NCBI GenBank assembly: GCA_017857825.1
Contig: JAFMCK010000001.1
Span: 9,480-73,479, forward strand
Reading direction: 5' to 3'
DNA from: Rhodospirillales bacterium
Lineage (GTDB): Bacteria; Pseudomonadota; Alphaproteobacteria; Rhodospirillales; Casp-alpha2
DNA: 64,000 nucleotides
The notes beneath the pieces were generated by a model, which saw nothing but the letters and a program-made list of their open reading frames with translations, was not told the DNA's origin and ran no database searches. This document shows positions 9,588-18,869 of this stretch, one piece after another. The stretch's first letter is position 1. Every line of letters starts with the position of its first letter. The position numbers and the translations under genes were made by a program.

Positions 9588-10610
9588 TTATCTGCTGATC
9601 GACGCTTCAAACAGCTTGGCACCTGCCCCCAAGGCTTGCAGCTTGCCCTCGGCCACGTGACGCGGCAGCGGTGCCATACCGCAGTTGGTGCACGCGATGA
9701 TGCGTGACGGATCAACAAATTTAGAGGCGGCCTTCAGGGTGGCGGCAACCTTTTCCGGGGTCTCGATTTCCTCGGTTGCAACATTGATCGCGCCGACCAG
9801 CATTTCTTTGTCGGGCAGCAGCGACATCACCGATAGCGGCACATGGCTGTCGGCGCATTCCAACGACACTTGGTTGACGATGCTTCTGTTCAGGGCCGGG
9901 AAGAATTCTTCGTATTGGCGCCACTCATCGCCCAGTGTTTCTTTCCAGTCGATGTTTTGCTGAATGCCATAGCCGTAGCAAATATGCACAGCGGTCGTGC
10001 ATTTCAGACCGTCCAACGCCACGTCCAAGGCATCAATGCCCCATTCGACGGCTTCTTGGGTGAACGCGTTGAACGCCGGCTCATCAAACTGTATGACCGA
10101 GACGCCGAGCGCCTCCAATTCTTTGGCTTCATCGTTGAGCAGCTTGGCAAATGCCATCGCCATGTCGGGGCGGGTATCATAAAAGCCGTTGGCGATGGTA
10201 TCGCAAATGGTCATCGGCCCGGGCAGTGTGAATTTGTAAGGGTTCGACGTGTGCTCGACACAGAACTTGGCGCTGGCCCCATGAACCGAGCCCATCCGTT
10301 TTACTTCACCGACCACGGTCGGCACGTCCGCATCATAACGGTCGTTGCGGATGCCCATGGTGGTCATTTTGTTCCAGTCGATCCCCTCGACGCGCTCTAA
10401 GAAGCCGTGCACAAAATGCTTACGGAACTGCTCGCCGTCGCTGACGATGGTGATGCCGGCGTCTTCTTGGCATTTGATCCATGCCAAGGCGGCATCGGAC
10501 TGACCTTCAAACAGGTTTTCGTCGGCGACGCGCCACGGCGCCCACAATTTCTCAGGTTCCGCGAGCCAGGCGGGTTTCGGCAGACTGCCGGCGATGGTTG
10601 TTCTGATCAT
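9588..10610 (-). CDS. Single-domain cobalamin-independent methionine-synthase-like methyltransferase (MetE C-terminal/catalytic domain only)
   Basis: 340 aa starting 'MIRTTIAGSLPKPAWL'. Putative Zn ligands are retained by eye ('VHICYGY' His-x-Cys, 'SLECAD' Glu, 'CTNCGMAP' Cys). RBS GGAGGGA lies before the ATG at 10610. Confidence 0.8.
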   Translation of the reverse strand: MIRTTIAGSLPKPAWLAEPEKLWAPWRVADENLFEGQSDAALAWIKCQEDAGITIVSDGEQFRKHFVHGFLERVEGIDWNKMTTMGIRNDRYDADVPTVVGEVKRMGSVHGASAKFCVEHTSNPYKFTLPGPMTICDTIANGFYDTRPDMAMAFAKLLNDEAKELEALGVSVIQFDEPAFNAFTQEAVEWGIDALDVALDGLKCTTAVHICYGYGIQQNIDWKETLGDEWRQYEEFFPALNRSIVNQVSLECADSHVPLSVMSLLPDKEMLVGAINVATEEIETPEKVAATLKAASKFVDPSRIIACTNCGMAPLPRHVAEGKLQALGAGAKLFEASISR

Positions 10611-10804
10611 GGTCCCTCCGGATCGATGCGGGGCCTCGTTGTTGAGGCTTCATGGTGTTTGCAACAGGCAACATAGAGTGTCGGTATATCGGATTCCAGA
10701 CTCCTTATTCGGCATGACTGCATTGTGATCGCCATATTTTGCCTTATTTGAAGTATAATTCAGCCATAATCGGGGTTTAGGAACAGCGTGGTATTGTTGA
10801 AGCA

Positions 10805-11521
10805 ATGAGCGGAAAAAAATCCATGCATCAGAAAATCGCTTTGGTCGACGATGACCAGAACATCCTGACATCCGTGTCGATGGCTCTGGAGGCCGAGGGC
10901 TATGACGTCGATACCTATGCCGACGGTGTCGCCGCGTTGAGTGGGATCGGTCGGCATCCGGTCGACCTCGCCGTTCTCGACATCAAAATGCCGAAGATGG
11001 ATGGCATGGAACTGCTGGGCGAGATTCGTAAAAAAGACCGCCTACCGGTGATTTTCTTGACCTCGAAAGACGATGAGGTTGATGAGATCCTAGGTTTCCG
11101 CATGGGAGCCGACGATTATATCACCAAGCCGTTCTCGCAGCGCCTATTGATTGAGCGCATCCGTGCTATCTTGCGTCGTCGCGATGTCGCCCAGCCGGAC
11201 GCCCCGGCGGACGAGGGCGCGAATGCAATAAAGCGCGGCGATCTCGTGCTTGATCCCGAACGGCATCTTTGCACGTGGAAGGGCCAGGAGGTCACGCTGA
11301 CGGTGACCGAGTTCTTGCTGGTCGAGGTCTTAGCGCGCCGCCCTGGTCATGTTAAAAACCGTGATCAGTTGATCGATGCGGCATATGGCGAAAATATCTA
11401 CGTCGAAGACCGGACCATCGACAGTCACATCAAACGACTACGTCGCAAGTTTCGCCATGTCGATCCGACATTCTCCGAGATTGAAACCCTGTACGGTGTC
11501 GGCTACCGCTACAAAGCTTAG
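10805..11521 (+). CDS. chvI: OmpR-family response regulator ChvI
   Basis: '[23 protein letters not shown]...[13 protein letters not shown]...[15 protein letters not shown]...[15 protein letters not shown]' is nearly the ChvI/BvrR signature as I remember it. A ChvG-type kinase follows. The start could also be ATG 10823. Confidence 0.88.
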   Translation: MSGKKSMHQKIALVDDDQNILTSVSMALEAEGYDVDTYADGVAALSGIGRHPVDLAVLDIKMPKMDGMELLGEIRKKDRLPVIFLTSKDDEVDEILGFRMGADDYITKPFSQRLLIERIRAILRRRDVAQPDAPADEGANAIKRGDLVLDPERHLCTWKGQEVTLTVTEFLLVEVLARRPGHVKNRDQLIDAAYGENIYVEDRTIDSHIKRLRRKFRHVDPTFSEIETLYGVGYRYKA

Positions 11522-11540
11522 CCTTTTAGTGGGGGGATGA

Positions 11541-13217
11541 ATGCAGCAGGGGGGGCAACGGGGGAATGACCGGGACACCGTTGAGCACATGGCAGCGGAA
11601 AATGATGGGCGTGCGCCATCCCGAAGCGCGGCTCCGAAACGTCTGATCTCGCCGCTGACCCGGCGTATTCTTACCGTCAATTTGGTGGCCATCGGCACCC
11701 TTGTGGCCGGGCTTTTGTATTTGGGTGAATACCGTCGCTCGCTGATCACCAACGAATTGGCCGGGTTGCAGGTGCAGGCCGAAATGATTGCGGCGGCGTT
11801 GGGTGAAGGGGCGGTGATCTCGGAAGCGCCGGACGCGCAGTATTTGGTTTCCGATACGGCCCATCAAATCACCCGGCGCTTGGTGCAGATCACCAATACA
11901 CGCGCCCGGCTGTTTCGCGCGGACGGCACAATGATTGTCGATTCCCGCAGGCTCGGCGGTGCCGGTAGCGCTGTGCAGATCGAAGTCCTGCCGCCCCCTG
12001 AAGAAAGCAGCGATACGCTTGATGATGTACTTGCCGCTTATGATCGATTGGCGCGTGCCGTGCGGGGCGAGGGGCCGCTGCCGCGCTATCACGAAAATCC
12101 GCTGCAAACCGCATCTGATTATCCGGAAACTCAAGCCGCTTTGACGGGGGATACGGCGGTCGCGGCCCGTCGGTTTGGCCGCGAAGGGTTGGTTCTGACG
12201 GCGGCTGTGCCGGTGCAGCGTTACAAGCAAGTGCTCGGCGTTGTGATGCTGTCGACCGACGGCGCGCTGATCGAAAAAGCGCTATATGACGTGCGCTTGG
12301 ATATTCTAAAAATCGTCGGGGTGGCGCTCAGCGTGACGATTTTGTTGTCGCTGTATTTGGCGGGCACGATTGCCAGGCCGATCCGGCGCCTGGCCTTGGC
12401 AGCCGAGCAAATTCGCCATGATCGCGGTGCCCGCGAAGCGATGCCGGGCCTGACCGACCGCAACGATGAAATCAGTGACCTCGCTGACAGCCTCAAAGCA
12501 ATGACCGAGGCATTGTGGCTGCGCATGGATGCGATCGAAAGTTTCGCTGCCGATGTCGCACATGAAATCAAGAATCCGCTGACTTCGCTTCGCTCTGCTG
12601 TTGAGACTGCGGGTCGCATCGAAGACCCGACGCAGCGTCAGCGCCTGATGGCGATTATTTTGGATGATGTTGCCAGGCTGGACCGCTTAATCAGCGATAT
12701 CTCCAACGCGTCGCGATTGGATGCCGAACTGAGCCGTGCGGAATTCGCACCGGTCGACATCGCCGCGATGTTGCATGCGGTCGTCGACATGCACAATGCC
12801 GGTGACGACCGCCGAGTGCCGGTGAAGTTGGAGTTGGTCAGCAATGAGCACATGATCGTCGACGGGATCGAAGACCGTCTGGTACAGGTGTTCCGAAATC
12901 TAATGTCGAATGCCGAGACGTTCTCGCCCGAGGGTGGTAGTATCCGCATTTCATTGGATCGCGAAAACGGCTGGTTGACGGCAACCATCGATGACGACGG
13001 GCCCGGCATTCCTGACGGCAAAGAAGCGGCGATTTTTGATCGATTCTATACCTCGCGCCCCGAAGGCGAAAAATTCGGTACCCATTCCGGTCTCGGCCTA
13101 TCGATTTCAAAACAAATTATCGATGCCCACGAAGGCGAAATCCTTGCTATCAACCGCCGCGGTAGTGACGGCCACATCATCGGTGCCCGCTTTAGAATTC
13201 GCCTACCTGCGGCTTAG
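11541..13217 (+). CDS. chvG: Sensor histidine kinase ChvG/ExoS/BvrS type
   Basis: Two TM segments flank a periplasmic domain, followed by HAMP, H-box 'DVAHEIKNPLTSL', and 'DDGPGIP' and 'GLGLSISKQI' ATP-binding boxes. Position is directly after chvI. The start codon is uncertain. Confidence 0.85.
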   Translation: MQQGGQRGNDRDTVEHMAAENDGRAPSRSAAPKRLISPLTRRILTVNLVAIGTLVAGLLYLGEYRRSLITNELAGLQVQAEMIAAALGEGAVISEAPDAQYLVSDTAHQITRRLVQITNTRARLFRADGTMIVDSRRLGGAGSAVQIEVLPPPEESSDTLDDVLAAYDRLARAVRGEGPLPRYHENPLQTASDYPETQAALTGDTAVAARRFGREGLVLTAAVPVQRYKQVLGVVMLSTDGALIEKALYDVRLDILKIVGVALSVTILLSLYLAGTIARPIRRLALAAEQIRHDRGAREAMPGLTDRNDEISDLADSLKAMTEALWLRMDAIESFAADVAHEIKNPLTSLRSAVETAGRIEDPTQRQRLMAIILDDVARLDRLISDISNASRLDAELSRAEFAPVDIAAMLHAVVDMHNAGDDRRVPVKLELVSNEHMIVDGIEDRLVQVFRNLMSNAETFSPEGGSIRISLDRENGWLTATIDDDGPGIPDGKEAAIFDRFYTSRPEGEKFGTHSGLGLSISKQIIDAHEGEILAINRRGSDGHIIGARFRIRLPAA

Positions 13218-13243
13218 GCTTGAACGGGCGCGCAAGCGCGATC

Positions 13244-13732
13244 ATGCTGATGGGTATGACAATGCAGGAAGATACAAAGCAACTCCACGCAACATGCATC
13301 GCGCTTGGCGCCGATACGTCGCATGGCGCGCAGGGCGTATTGTTGCGGGGGCCGAGCGGAGCCGGGAAATCTGATCTGGCCCTCCGTCTAATTGATGAAG
13401 GTGCTGTGTTGGTCGCCGATGACCGCGTGGATATTTTTATCAAAGGCGGCGTTGTGTTCGCTCGCGCGCCGTTGAATATCGCCGGTCTGCTTGAGGTCCG
13501 CGGTGTCGGCGTGTTCCGTCTTGAGCATATTGCCGACGTGCGGATTGCGCTTTGCGTTGACCTTGTTCAGCCGGACGCTGTTGTAAGGTTGCCGGAAATT
13601 GAAACTGTTGAAATCGCCGAGGTTCATATTCGCCGTTTGGCATTGGACCCGTTCGCCGCGTCAACGCCGGCGAAAATCCGTCTTGCACTGCGCAGCGATC
13701 CTCTTGATCCTGGCGCCATGGTGTCATCATGA
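13244..13732 (+). CDS. hprK: Short HPr kinase/phosphorylase (C-terminal catalytic domain only, alphaproteobacterial type)
   Basis: P-loop 'LLRGPSGAGKSDLALRLI' and 'LLEVRGVGV'. Several possible starts exist (TTG 13220; ATG 13244, 13250, 13256, 13262). Confidence 0.85.
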   Translation: MLMGMTMQEDTKQLHATCIALGADTSHGAQGVLLRGPSGAGKSDLALRLIDEGAVLVADDRVDIFIKGGVVFARAPLNIAGLLEVRGVGVFRLEHIADVRIALCVDLVQPDAVVRLPEIETVEIAEVHIRRLALDPFAASTPAKIRLALRSDPLDPGAMVSS

Positions 13733-14613
13733 ACGATCTACCCGCGCCGCATACACGCGTGTTGCTGGTCTCCGGTGTTTCTGGGGCCGGTAAAAGTTCT
13801 GCTTTGAAACAACTCGAAGATTTGGGCTTTGAAGCAGTCGACAACATGCCGTTGTCATTGGTTGCACGGCTCGTGCTGGGCGGTGACGGCACCGACGCGG
13901 CGGGCACGCCGTTGGCGATTGGGGTTGATATCCGCACCCGCGATTTCGACGCATCGAATTTTCTCGATCTGCTCGACCAATTGGCGGCAGCGCCGGACAT
14001 TGAGGTGTCTTTGCTGTTTATCGACTGCGATGACGAAGTGATCGGACGCCATTTCGAAGAAACCCGGCGCCGTCATCCGCTCGCGACCGATCGTCCGGTG
14101 CTGGATGGGCTTCGCCATGAACGTCAAATTATGGACCCGATTCGGGCCCGCGCCGATGAAGTTATTGATACCACCGATTTCGTCATGGGCGACCTGAAGG
14201 AACGGTTGGCGGAACGGCACGCGCTTAAAGATGATCCGGGATTGGCGATTTTTATCATGTCGTTTTCGTTCAAGCGGGGCCTCCCCCGCGACGCGGATAT
14301 GGTTTTTGATGTGCGGTTTTTTAAGAATCCTCACTACGATCCGTCGCTACGACCGAAGACCGGCGAATCTCCCGAAGTGCAGGCATTCATTGCCGTGGAC
14401 CCTGCATTTGAGGGCTTTTTTACACATTTGACGGACATGACATTGCCCTTGTTGCCGCGCTTTCGCGCCGAGGGAAAAAGTTATCTGACCATCGCGTTTG
14501 GCTGCACTGGTGGGCGGCATCGCTCGGTTTTCATTGCGGAAAGGTTCGCAAAAATGTTGGATGAAAACGGCTGGCGCGCGGCCATTCGCCATAGGGACTT
14601 GGACAAAGCGTAA
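13729..14613 (+). CDS. rapZ: RNase adapter / nucleotide-binding protein RapZ (YhbJ)
   Basis: Walker A 'VSGVSGAGKSSALKQLEDLGF..VDN.P', the C-terminal 'GCTGGRHRSV' motif, and an ATGA start/stop overlap with hprK. Confidence 0.9.
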   Translation: MNDLPAPHTRVLLVSGVSGAGKSSALKQLEDLGFEAVDNMPLSLVARLVLGGDGTDAAGTPLAIGVDIRTRDFDASNFLDLLDQLAAAPDIEVSLLFIDCDDEVIGRHFEETRRRHPLATDRPVLDGLRHERQIMDPIRARADEVIDTTDFVMGDLKERLAERHALKDDPGLAIFIMSFSFKRGLPRDADMVFDVRFFKNPHYDPSLRPKTGESPEVQAFIAVDPAFEGFFTHLTDMTLPLLPRFRAEGKSYLTIAFGCTGGRHRSVFIAERFAKMLDENGWRAAIRHRDLDKA

Positions 14614-14659
14614 GAATCCCATCACAATTCCGATAAATGAGGATAAGGAATAACCGACA

Positions 14660-15067
14660 ATGATCGGATTAGTTCTCGTAACCCATGGCCGCCTTGCGGT
14701 TGAATTGATATCTGCGCTGGAGCATGTGGTCGGCCCGCAAGATGCGGTCGCCCCAGTGTGTATCGGCCCCGACGATGATATGGAACAGCGCCGCGCTGAA
14801 ATCGTCAGCAAAGCCGAAGAGGTCGAATCCGGTGCCGGCGTGATCGTGCTCACCGATATGTTTGGCGGCACGCCGTCGAACCTGGCGATCTCGATCATGG
14901 ACCGCGCCAAGATCGAAGTGATCGCCGGTGTGAACTTGCCGATGCTGATTAAGCTGGCCTCGATCCGTGAAGATCTGGATTTGGCCGCCGCCGCACTTGA
15001 GGCCCAGGACGCCGGACGCAAGTACATCAATATAGCGTCGCAGCTTTTGGATAAAGGCGGCGACTGA
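14660..15067 (+). CDS. PTS EIIA component, mannose/fructose family
   Basis: 'MIGLVLVTHGRLA.EL' with the phosphorylatable His at position 9, and 'LTDMFGGTPSN', both typical of EIIA-Man. Confidence 0.85.
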   Translation: MIGLVLVTHGRLAVELISALEHVVGPQDAVAPVCIGPDDDMEQRRAEIVSKAEEVESGAGVIVLTDMFGGTPSNLAISIMDRAKIEVIAGVNLPMLIKLASIREDLDLAAAALEAQDAGRKYINIASQLLDKGGD

Positions 15068-15072
15068 GCGCG

Positions 15073-15351
15073 ATGAGCACGGAACAGCTGCAAAAACGTC
15101 TATTGATCGGCAACAAGCGCGGCCTGCATGCGCGCGCTGCAGCGAAGTTCGTTACCCTCGCCGCCGAGTTCGAGGCTGATATTGAGGTCGAGCGAAACGG
15201 CCAATCGGTCTCGGGTCGTTCCATTATGGGGTTGATGATGCTGGCCGCGAGCCCGGGCACGGAAATACTGGTGCGTGTCGACGGCGATGACGGGGCGGCA
15301 GCCCTTGCGGCCATCGAAATGCTGGTCGCCAACAAATTCGATGAGGACTAA
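15073..15351 (+). CDS. ptsH: Phosphocarrier protein HPr/NPr
   Basis: 92 aa with the active-site 'GLHARAAAKFV' (His) and the regulatory 'GRSIMGLMML' (Ser, HprK target). Confidence 0.88.
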   Translation: MSTEQLQKRLLIGNKRGLHARAAAKFVTLAAEFEADIEVERNGQSVSGRSIMGLMMLAASPGTEILVRVDGDDGAAALAAIEMLVANKFDED

Positions 15352-15402
15352 GCCTGAGCATTATTTTTAAAAGCGCATAAGGAAAGGCCAACGGCCTAAC
15401 AT

Positions 15403-17220
15403 ATGGCGAAACCGTCGAAACATTCTGCCAAGACGGGAAAAAAGAAACCGTCTGCAAAGGCAGCCCCCAAGATCAAAGAACGCGTGTTCGATGGTTTGGC
15501 TGCGGCTCCCGGTATCGCTATCGGGCCCGCCGCCATTTGGGGCGGCGCCGATATCGAGGTGCCGGTTTACGCGATTGCAAAATCAAAAGTTGCGGCCGAG
15601 GTGGGGCGTCTTGATCACGCCGTCATCGTTGCCAAGCAGCAAATGCGTGCGTTGCAGGAACGCGCCCGCGACATGCCCCGTGCGGCGGGCGAAGAGATGG
15701 TGTTTCTGTTTGATGCCTATCTCGCCATGCTTGACGACTCCAGGTTGGTACGGGGTGCCCGGGAGAAGATATCCGAAGACCGCATCAACGCCGAAGCCGC
15801 TGTCGATGAGCAGTTGTCCAGCTTGGCGGAACGCTTTCAAGCAATGGAAGACGCCTATATCGCGGCGCGCCTGGATGACATCCGCGAGGTCGCAACGCGA
15901 CTCATCGGTATCTTAAGTCGGGCCTCTGATCATGTGATCGCACCGCCGCCAAAGGGCGCCGTGCTGATTGCCGGCCATCTCAGCCCGGCTGACATGGCAC
16001 AAGTCGACCCGGAATCGATCAACGCGGTCGCCGCCGCGCTGGGCGGCACCGAAGGGCACACGGCGATTATGGCCCGGGCACTCGGTCTGCCTGCGGTTAT
16101 GGGCGCGTCTGGTCTGCACGAGGGCATATCGTCCGGCACATGTGTAATTGTAGATGGTTTTGCAGGCCGCGTCATCGTCGACCCGCTGCCGGAAACCATC
16201 AAAGCCTATGAAAAGCGGATCAGCGAAAGTCGAAAACGCACCCGTGCGCTGGAGCGGCTGCGTCATCAACCTGCGACGTCGCGTGACGGCATCGATATTC
16301 AGCTGATGGCCAACGTCGAATTGCCGATGGAAATGGAGATGGTGCGCCAGTCTGGCGCCCAAGGTGTTGGCTTGCTTCGGAGCGAGTTCATGTTCATGAA
16401 CCGTGAAGACATTCCAAGTGAGGACGAACAAGTTGCCGTGTTTGAAAGCATCATCGGCGGCGTCGACGGTCGGCCGGTCACGGTGCGCACATTGGACATC
16501 GGGGGCGAGAAGGCGTCACCCGCGTTGTTGAAAAACTTGGATGAAGCGGCGGCATCGGCGTTGGGCCTGCGCGGTATTCGATTGTCGTTGGCTAATCCAG
16601 AGACCTTGCGCACGCAATTCCGCGCAATCCTCCGGGTGTCGGGGGGCGGCAATATTCGTATTTTACTGCCGATGGTGACGACGCCAAGCGAGGTCAAGCG
16701 CGCCAAAAAAATGCTATACGAAGAAGCTGCTAAATTGAAAAGCGCCGGGATCCTTTTGGCGGACCCTTTGCCGCCGGTGGGCGTCATGATCGAGGTGCCC
16801 GGCGCGGCCCTGGCGGCTGACGCGTTGGCGCAGGCCAGTGACTTTTTCGCCATCGGCTCAAACGATCTGACCATGTACACACTGGCCGTCGACCGTGCCA
16901 ACGAACATGTCGCGCATTTATTTAATACGCTGCACCCGGCCGTACTCAGGTTGATCCAGTTCACCACGCAAGCCGCGCTTCGCGCCCGCATCCCCGTTTC
17001 GATCTGTGGCGAGATGGCGGGCGATGCGCGTTATACTGAACTTTTGGTCGGTCTCGGCCTGCATGATCTGTCGATGACCGCCGGCAATATCCCCAACGTA
17101 AAAAAGCGCATCCGCAGCATGGATGTTCTCACCGCCAGCCAACGCGCCATGCAAATTATGGAACAAAGCGACAGCGGTCGCATCGCGATGTTGATCGATG
17201 ATTTTAACGGCATCGGCTAG
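15403..17220 (+). CDS. ptsI: PEP-protein phosphotransferase (Enzyme I) without a GAF domain, with a Lys-rich N-terminal tail
   Basis: 'GGTEGHTAIMARALGLPAV' (phospho-His), 'GVGLLRSEFMF', 'FFAIGSNDLTMYTLA' and 'SICGEMAGD'. At 605 aa there is no room for the roughly 170-aa GAF domain of EI-Ntr. Confidence 0.88.
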   Translation: MAKPSKHSAKTGKKKPSAKAAPKIKERVFDGLAAAPGIAIGPAAIWGGADIEVPVYAIAKSKVAAEVGRLDHAVIVAKQQMRALQERARDMPRAAGEEMVFLFDAYLAMLDDSRLVRGAREKISEDRINAEAAVDEQLSSLAERFQAMEDAYIAARLDDIREVATRLIGILSRASDHVIAPPPKGAVLIAGHLSPADMAQVDPESINAVAAALGGTEGHTAIMARALGLPAVMGASGLHEGISSGTCVIVDGFAGRVIVDPLPETIKAYEKRISESRKRTRALERLRHQPATSRDGIDIQLMANVELPMEMEMVRQSGAQGVGLLRSEFMFMNREDIPSEDEQVAVFESIIGGVDGRPVTVRTLDIGGEKASPALLKNLDEAAASALGLRGIRLSLANPETLRTQFRAILRVSGGGNIRILLPMVTTPSEVKRAKKMLYEEAAKLKSAGILLADPLPPVGVMIEVPGAALAADALAQASDFFAIGSNDLTMYTLAVDRANEHVAHLFNTLHPAVLRLIQFTTQAALRARIPVSICGEMAGDARYTELLVGLGLHDLSMTAGNIPNVKKRIRSMDVLTASQRAMQIMEQSDSGRIAMLIDDFNGIG

Positions 17221-17378
17221 CGCGTTGAACGCCAAAACAATTTTTTAATTTCACAAACGCCACCGCGCGTCCTTCGCATCACGGAACACGTCCTGACGGA
17301 TGCAGGATGGGTTTAAGGGTTTACGCTTTCCCTCTTGTCTCCGTCTGCAGAGCCTGTTAAAAACCGCTCCAACATTTC

Positions 17379-17400
17379 GATATAAAGAAATCTTTATATC
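17379..17400. promoter_or_regulatory. Perfect 10-2-10 palindrome GATATAAAGA-AA-TCTTTATATC, candidate operator upstream of ahcY
   Basis: I checked it base by base: positions 17379-17388 are the reverse complement of 17391-17400. It is AT-rich within a GC-rich genome and ends 39 nt before the ahcY ATG. Confidence 0.5.
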
Positions 17401-17439
17401 TTTAAGTCAATTTGTCGATGATCACATGGAGCTGCCGAT

Positions 17440-18846
17440 ATGAGTGAATTTACCGATTACAAAGTTGCCGATATGAGCCTCGCGAAGTGGGGCCGCAAGG
17501 AAATCGATCTTGCCGAAACGGAAATGCCGGGCCTGATGTCCGTGCGTGATGAATACGGCGACGCGCAGCCGCTCAAAGGTGCGAAGATCGCAGGCTCCCT
17601 GCACATGACGATTCAAACCGCCGTGCTGATCGAGAGCCTGCAGGCACTCGGCGCCGAAGTCCGCTGGGCATCTTGTAACATCTATTCGACGCAAGACCAC
17701 GCCGCAGCCGCCATCGCTGCCACCGAAACCCCTGTGTTCGCGGTGAAGGGTGAAAGCCTGGAAGATTATTGGCAGTACACCCACGAAATCTTCAACTGGG
17801 CCGACAACACGGGCCCGAACATGATCTTGGATGACGGCGGCGACGCAACGTTGCTGATGCACCTCGGCAAAGAAGCTGAAAAAGATCTGTCGGTCTTGAA
17901 CAACCCGGATTCCGAAGAAGCCGAAGTTCTGTTCGCTGCCATCGAAGCGCGTCTGAAAACCGATCCGACCTGGTACACCGATCATTCCAAAGATATTCAA
18001 GGTGTGACCGAAGAAACCACGACGGGTGTGCACCGTCTGTACGAGATGGCGAAAAAGGGCACGTTGATGTTCCCGGCCATCAACGTCAACGACTCGGTCA
18101 CCAAGTCAAAGTTCGATAACAAGTACGGCTGCCGCGAAAGCCTCGTCGATGCGATCCGTCGCGCCACCGACGTCATGATGTCCGGTAAAGTCGCGTGTGT
18201 CGCAGGCTTTGGCGATGTGGGCAAAGGTTCTGCTGAAAGCCTGCGTCAAGCCGGCTGCCGCGTCATGGTTACCGAAGCTGACCCGATCTGCGCATTGCAG
18301 GCGGCGATGGAAGGCTACGAAGTTGTGACCATGGAAGAGGCCGTGAAGCGCGCAGACATTTTCTGCACCGCGACCGGCAACGTCGATGTGATCACCGTCG
18401 ACCACATGCGGGCCATGAAAGACCGTGCGATTGTCTGCAACATCGGTCACTTCGACAGCGAAATTCAGGTCGCAGCCCTGAAGAACATGAAGTGGGACGA
18501 AATCAAGCCGCAGGTCGACGAGATCGAATTCCCGAACGGCAATCGCATCATCTTGTTGGCACAAGGCCGCTTGGTGAACTTGGGTTGTGCCACCGGCCAC
18601 CCAAGTTTCGTGATGTCGGCATCGTTCACTAACCAAGTGTTGGCGCAGATCGAATTGTGGGCCAATAACGCGAACGGCCAATACAAGAACGACGTTTACG
18701 TGTTGCCGAAGCACCTGGACGAGCGGGTTGCTGCCCTGCACCTCGAAAAATTGGGTGTGCAGTTGACGACGCTCTCGCAAAAGCAGGCAGACTATATCGG
18801 CGTTGCCGTCGAAGGTCCGCACAAGCCGGAAACCTATCGCTATTAA
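17440..18846 (+). CDS. ahcY: Adenosylhomocysteinase
   Basis: 468 aa starting '[28 protein letters not shown]', with NAD site '[12 protein letters not shown]' and a C-terminal 'HKPETYRY'. This is a highly conserved family. Confidence 0.95.
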   Translation: MSEFTDYKVADMSLAKWGRKEIDLAETEMPGLMSVRDEYGDAQPLKGAKIAGSLHMTIQTAVLIESLQALGAEVRWASCNIYSTQDHAAAAIAATETPVFAVKGESLEDYWQYTHEIFNWADNTGPNMILDDGGDATLLMHLGKEAEKDLSVLNNPDSEEAEVLFAAIEARLKTDPTWYTDHSKDIQGVTEETTTGVHRLYEMAKKGTLMFPAINVNDSVTKSKFDNKYGCRESLVDAIRRATDVMMSGKVACVAGFGDVGKGSAESLRQAGCRVMVTEADPICALQAAMEGYEVVTMEEAVKRADIFCTATGNVDVITVDHMRAMKDRAIVCNIGHFDSEIQVAALKNMKWDEIKPQVDEIEFPNGNRIILLAQGRLVNLGCATGHPSFVMSASFTNQVLAQIELWANNANGQYKNDVYVLPKHLDERVAALHLEKLGVQLTTLSQKQADYIGVAVEGPHKPETYRY

Positions 18847-18869
18847 GACGCTAAAAAACCGCGCTCTAT

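Noticed and set aside
10611-10804. Possible SAM-II/SAM-V or cobalamin riboswitch in the leader of the MetE-like gene
   Set aside because: I wrote out the minus-strand leader and found neither the U-rich loop plus 3' AAAGCU element of SAM-II/V nor a B12-box-like core. Only a 5-bp hairpin (GCCTC-AACAAC-GAGGC) is present. A covariance-model scan would be needed to exclude it fully.
17221-17378. Possible SAH riboswitch upstream of ahcY
   Set aside because: I could not trace a convincing H-type pseudoknot or conserved core, and stems in this stretch are short and imperfect. The perfect DNA palindrome at 17379-17400 is the only strong signal, so a protein operator is favoured.
17422-18822. Two long minus-strand ORFs (17422..18033 and 18106..18822) opposite ahcY
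   Set aside because: ahcY is unambiguous on the plus strand. The antisense translations are Arg/His/Val/Gly-rich with no recognisable domains, so they are shadow ORFs.
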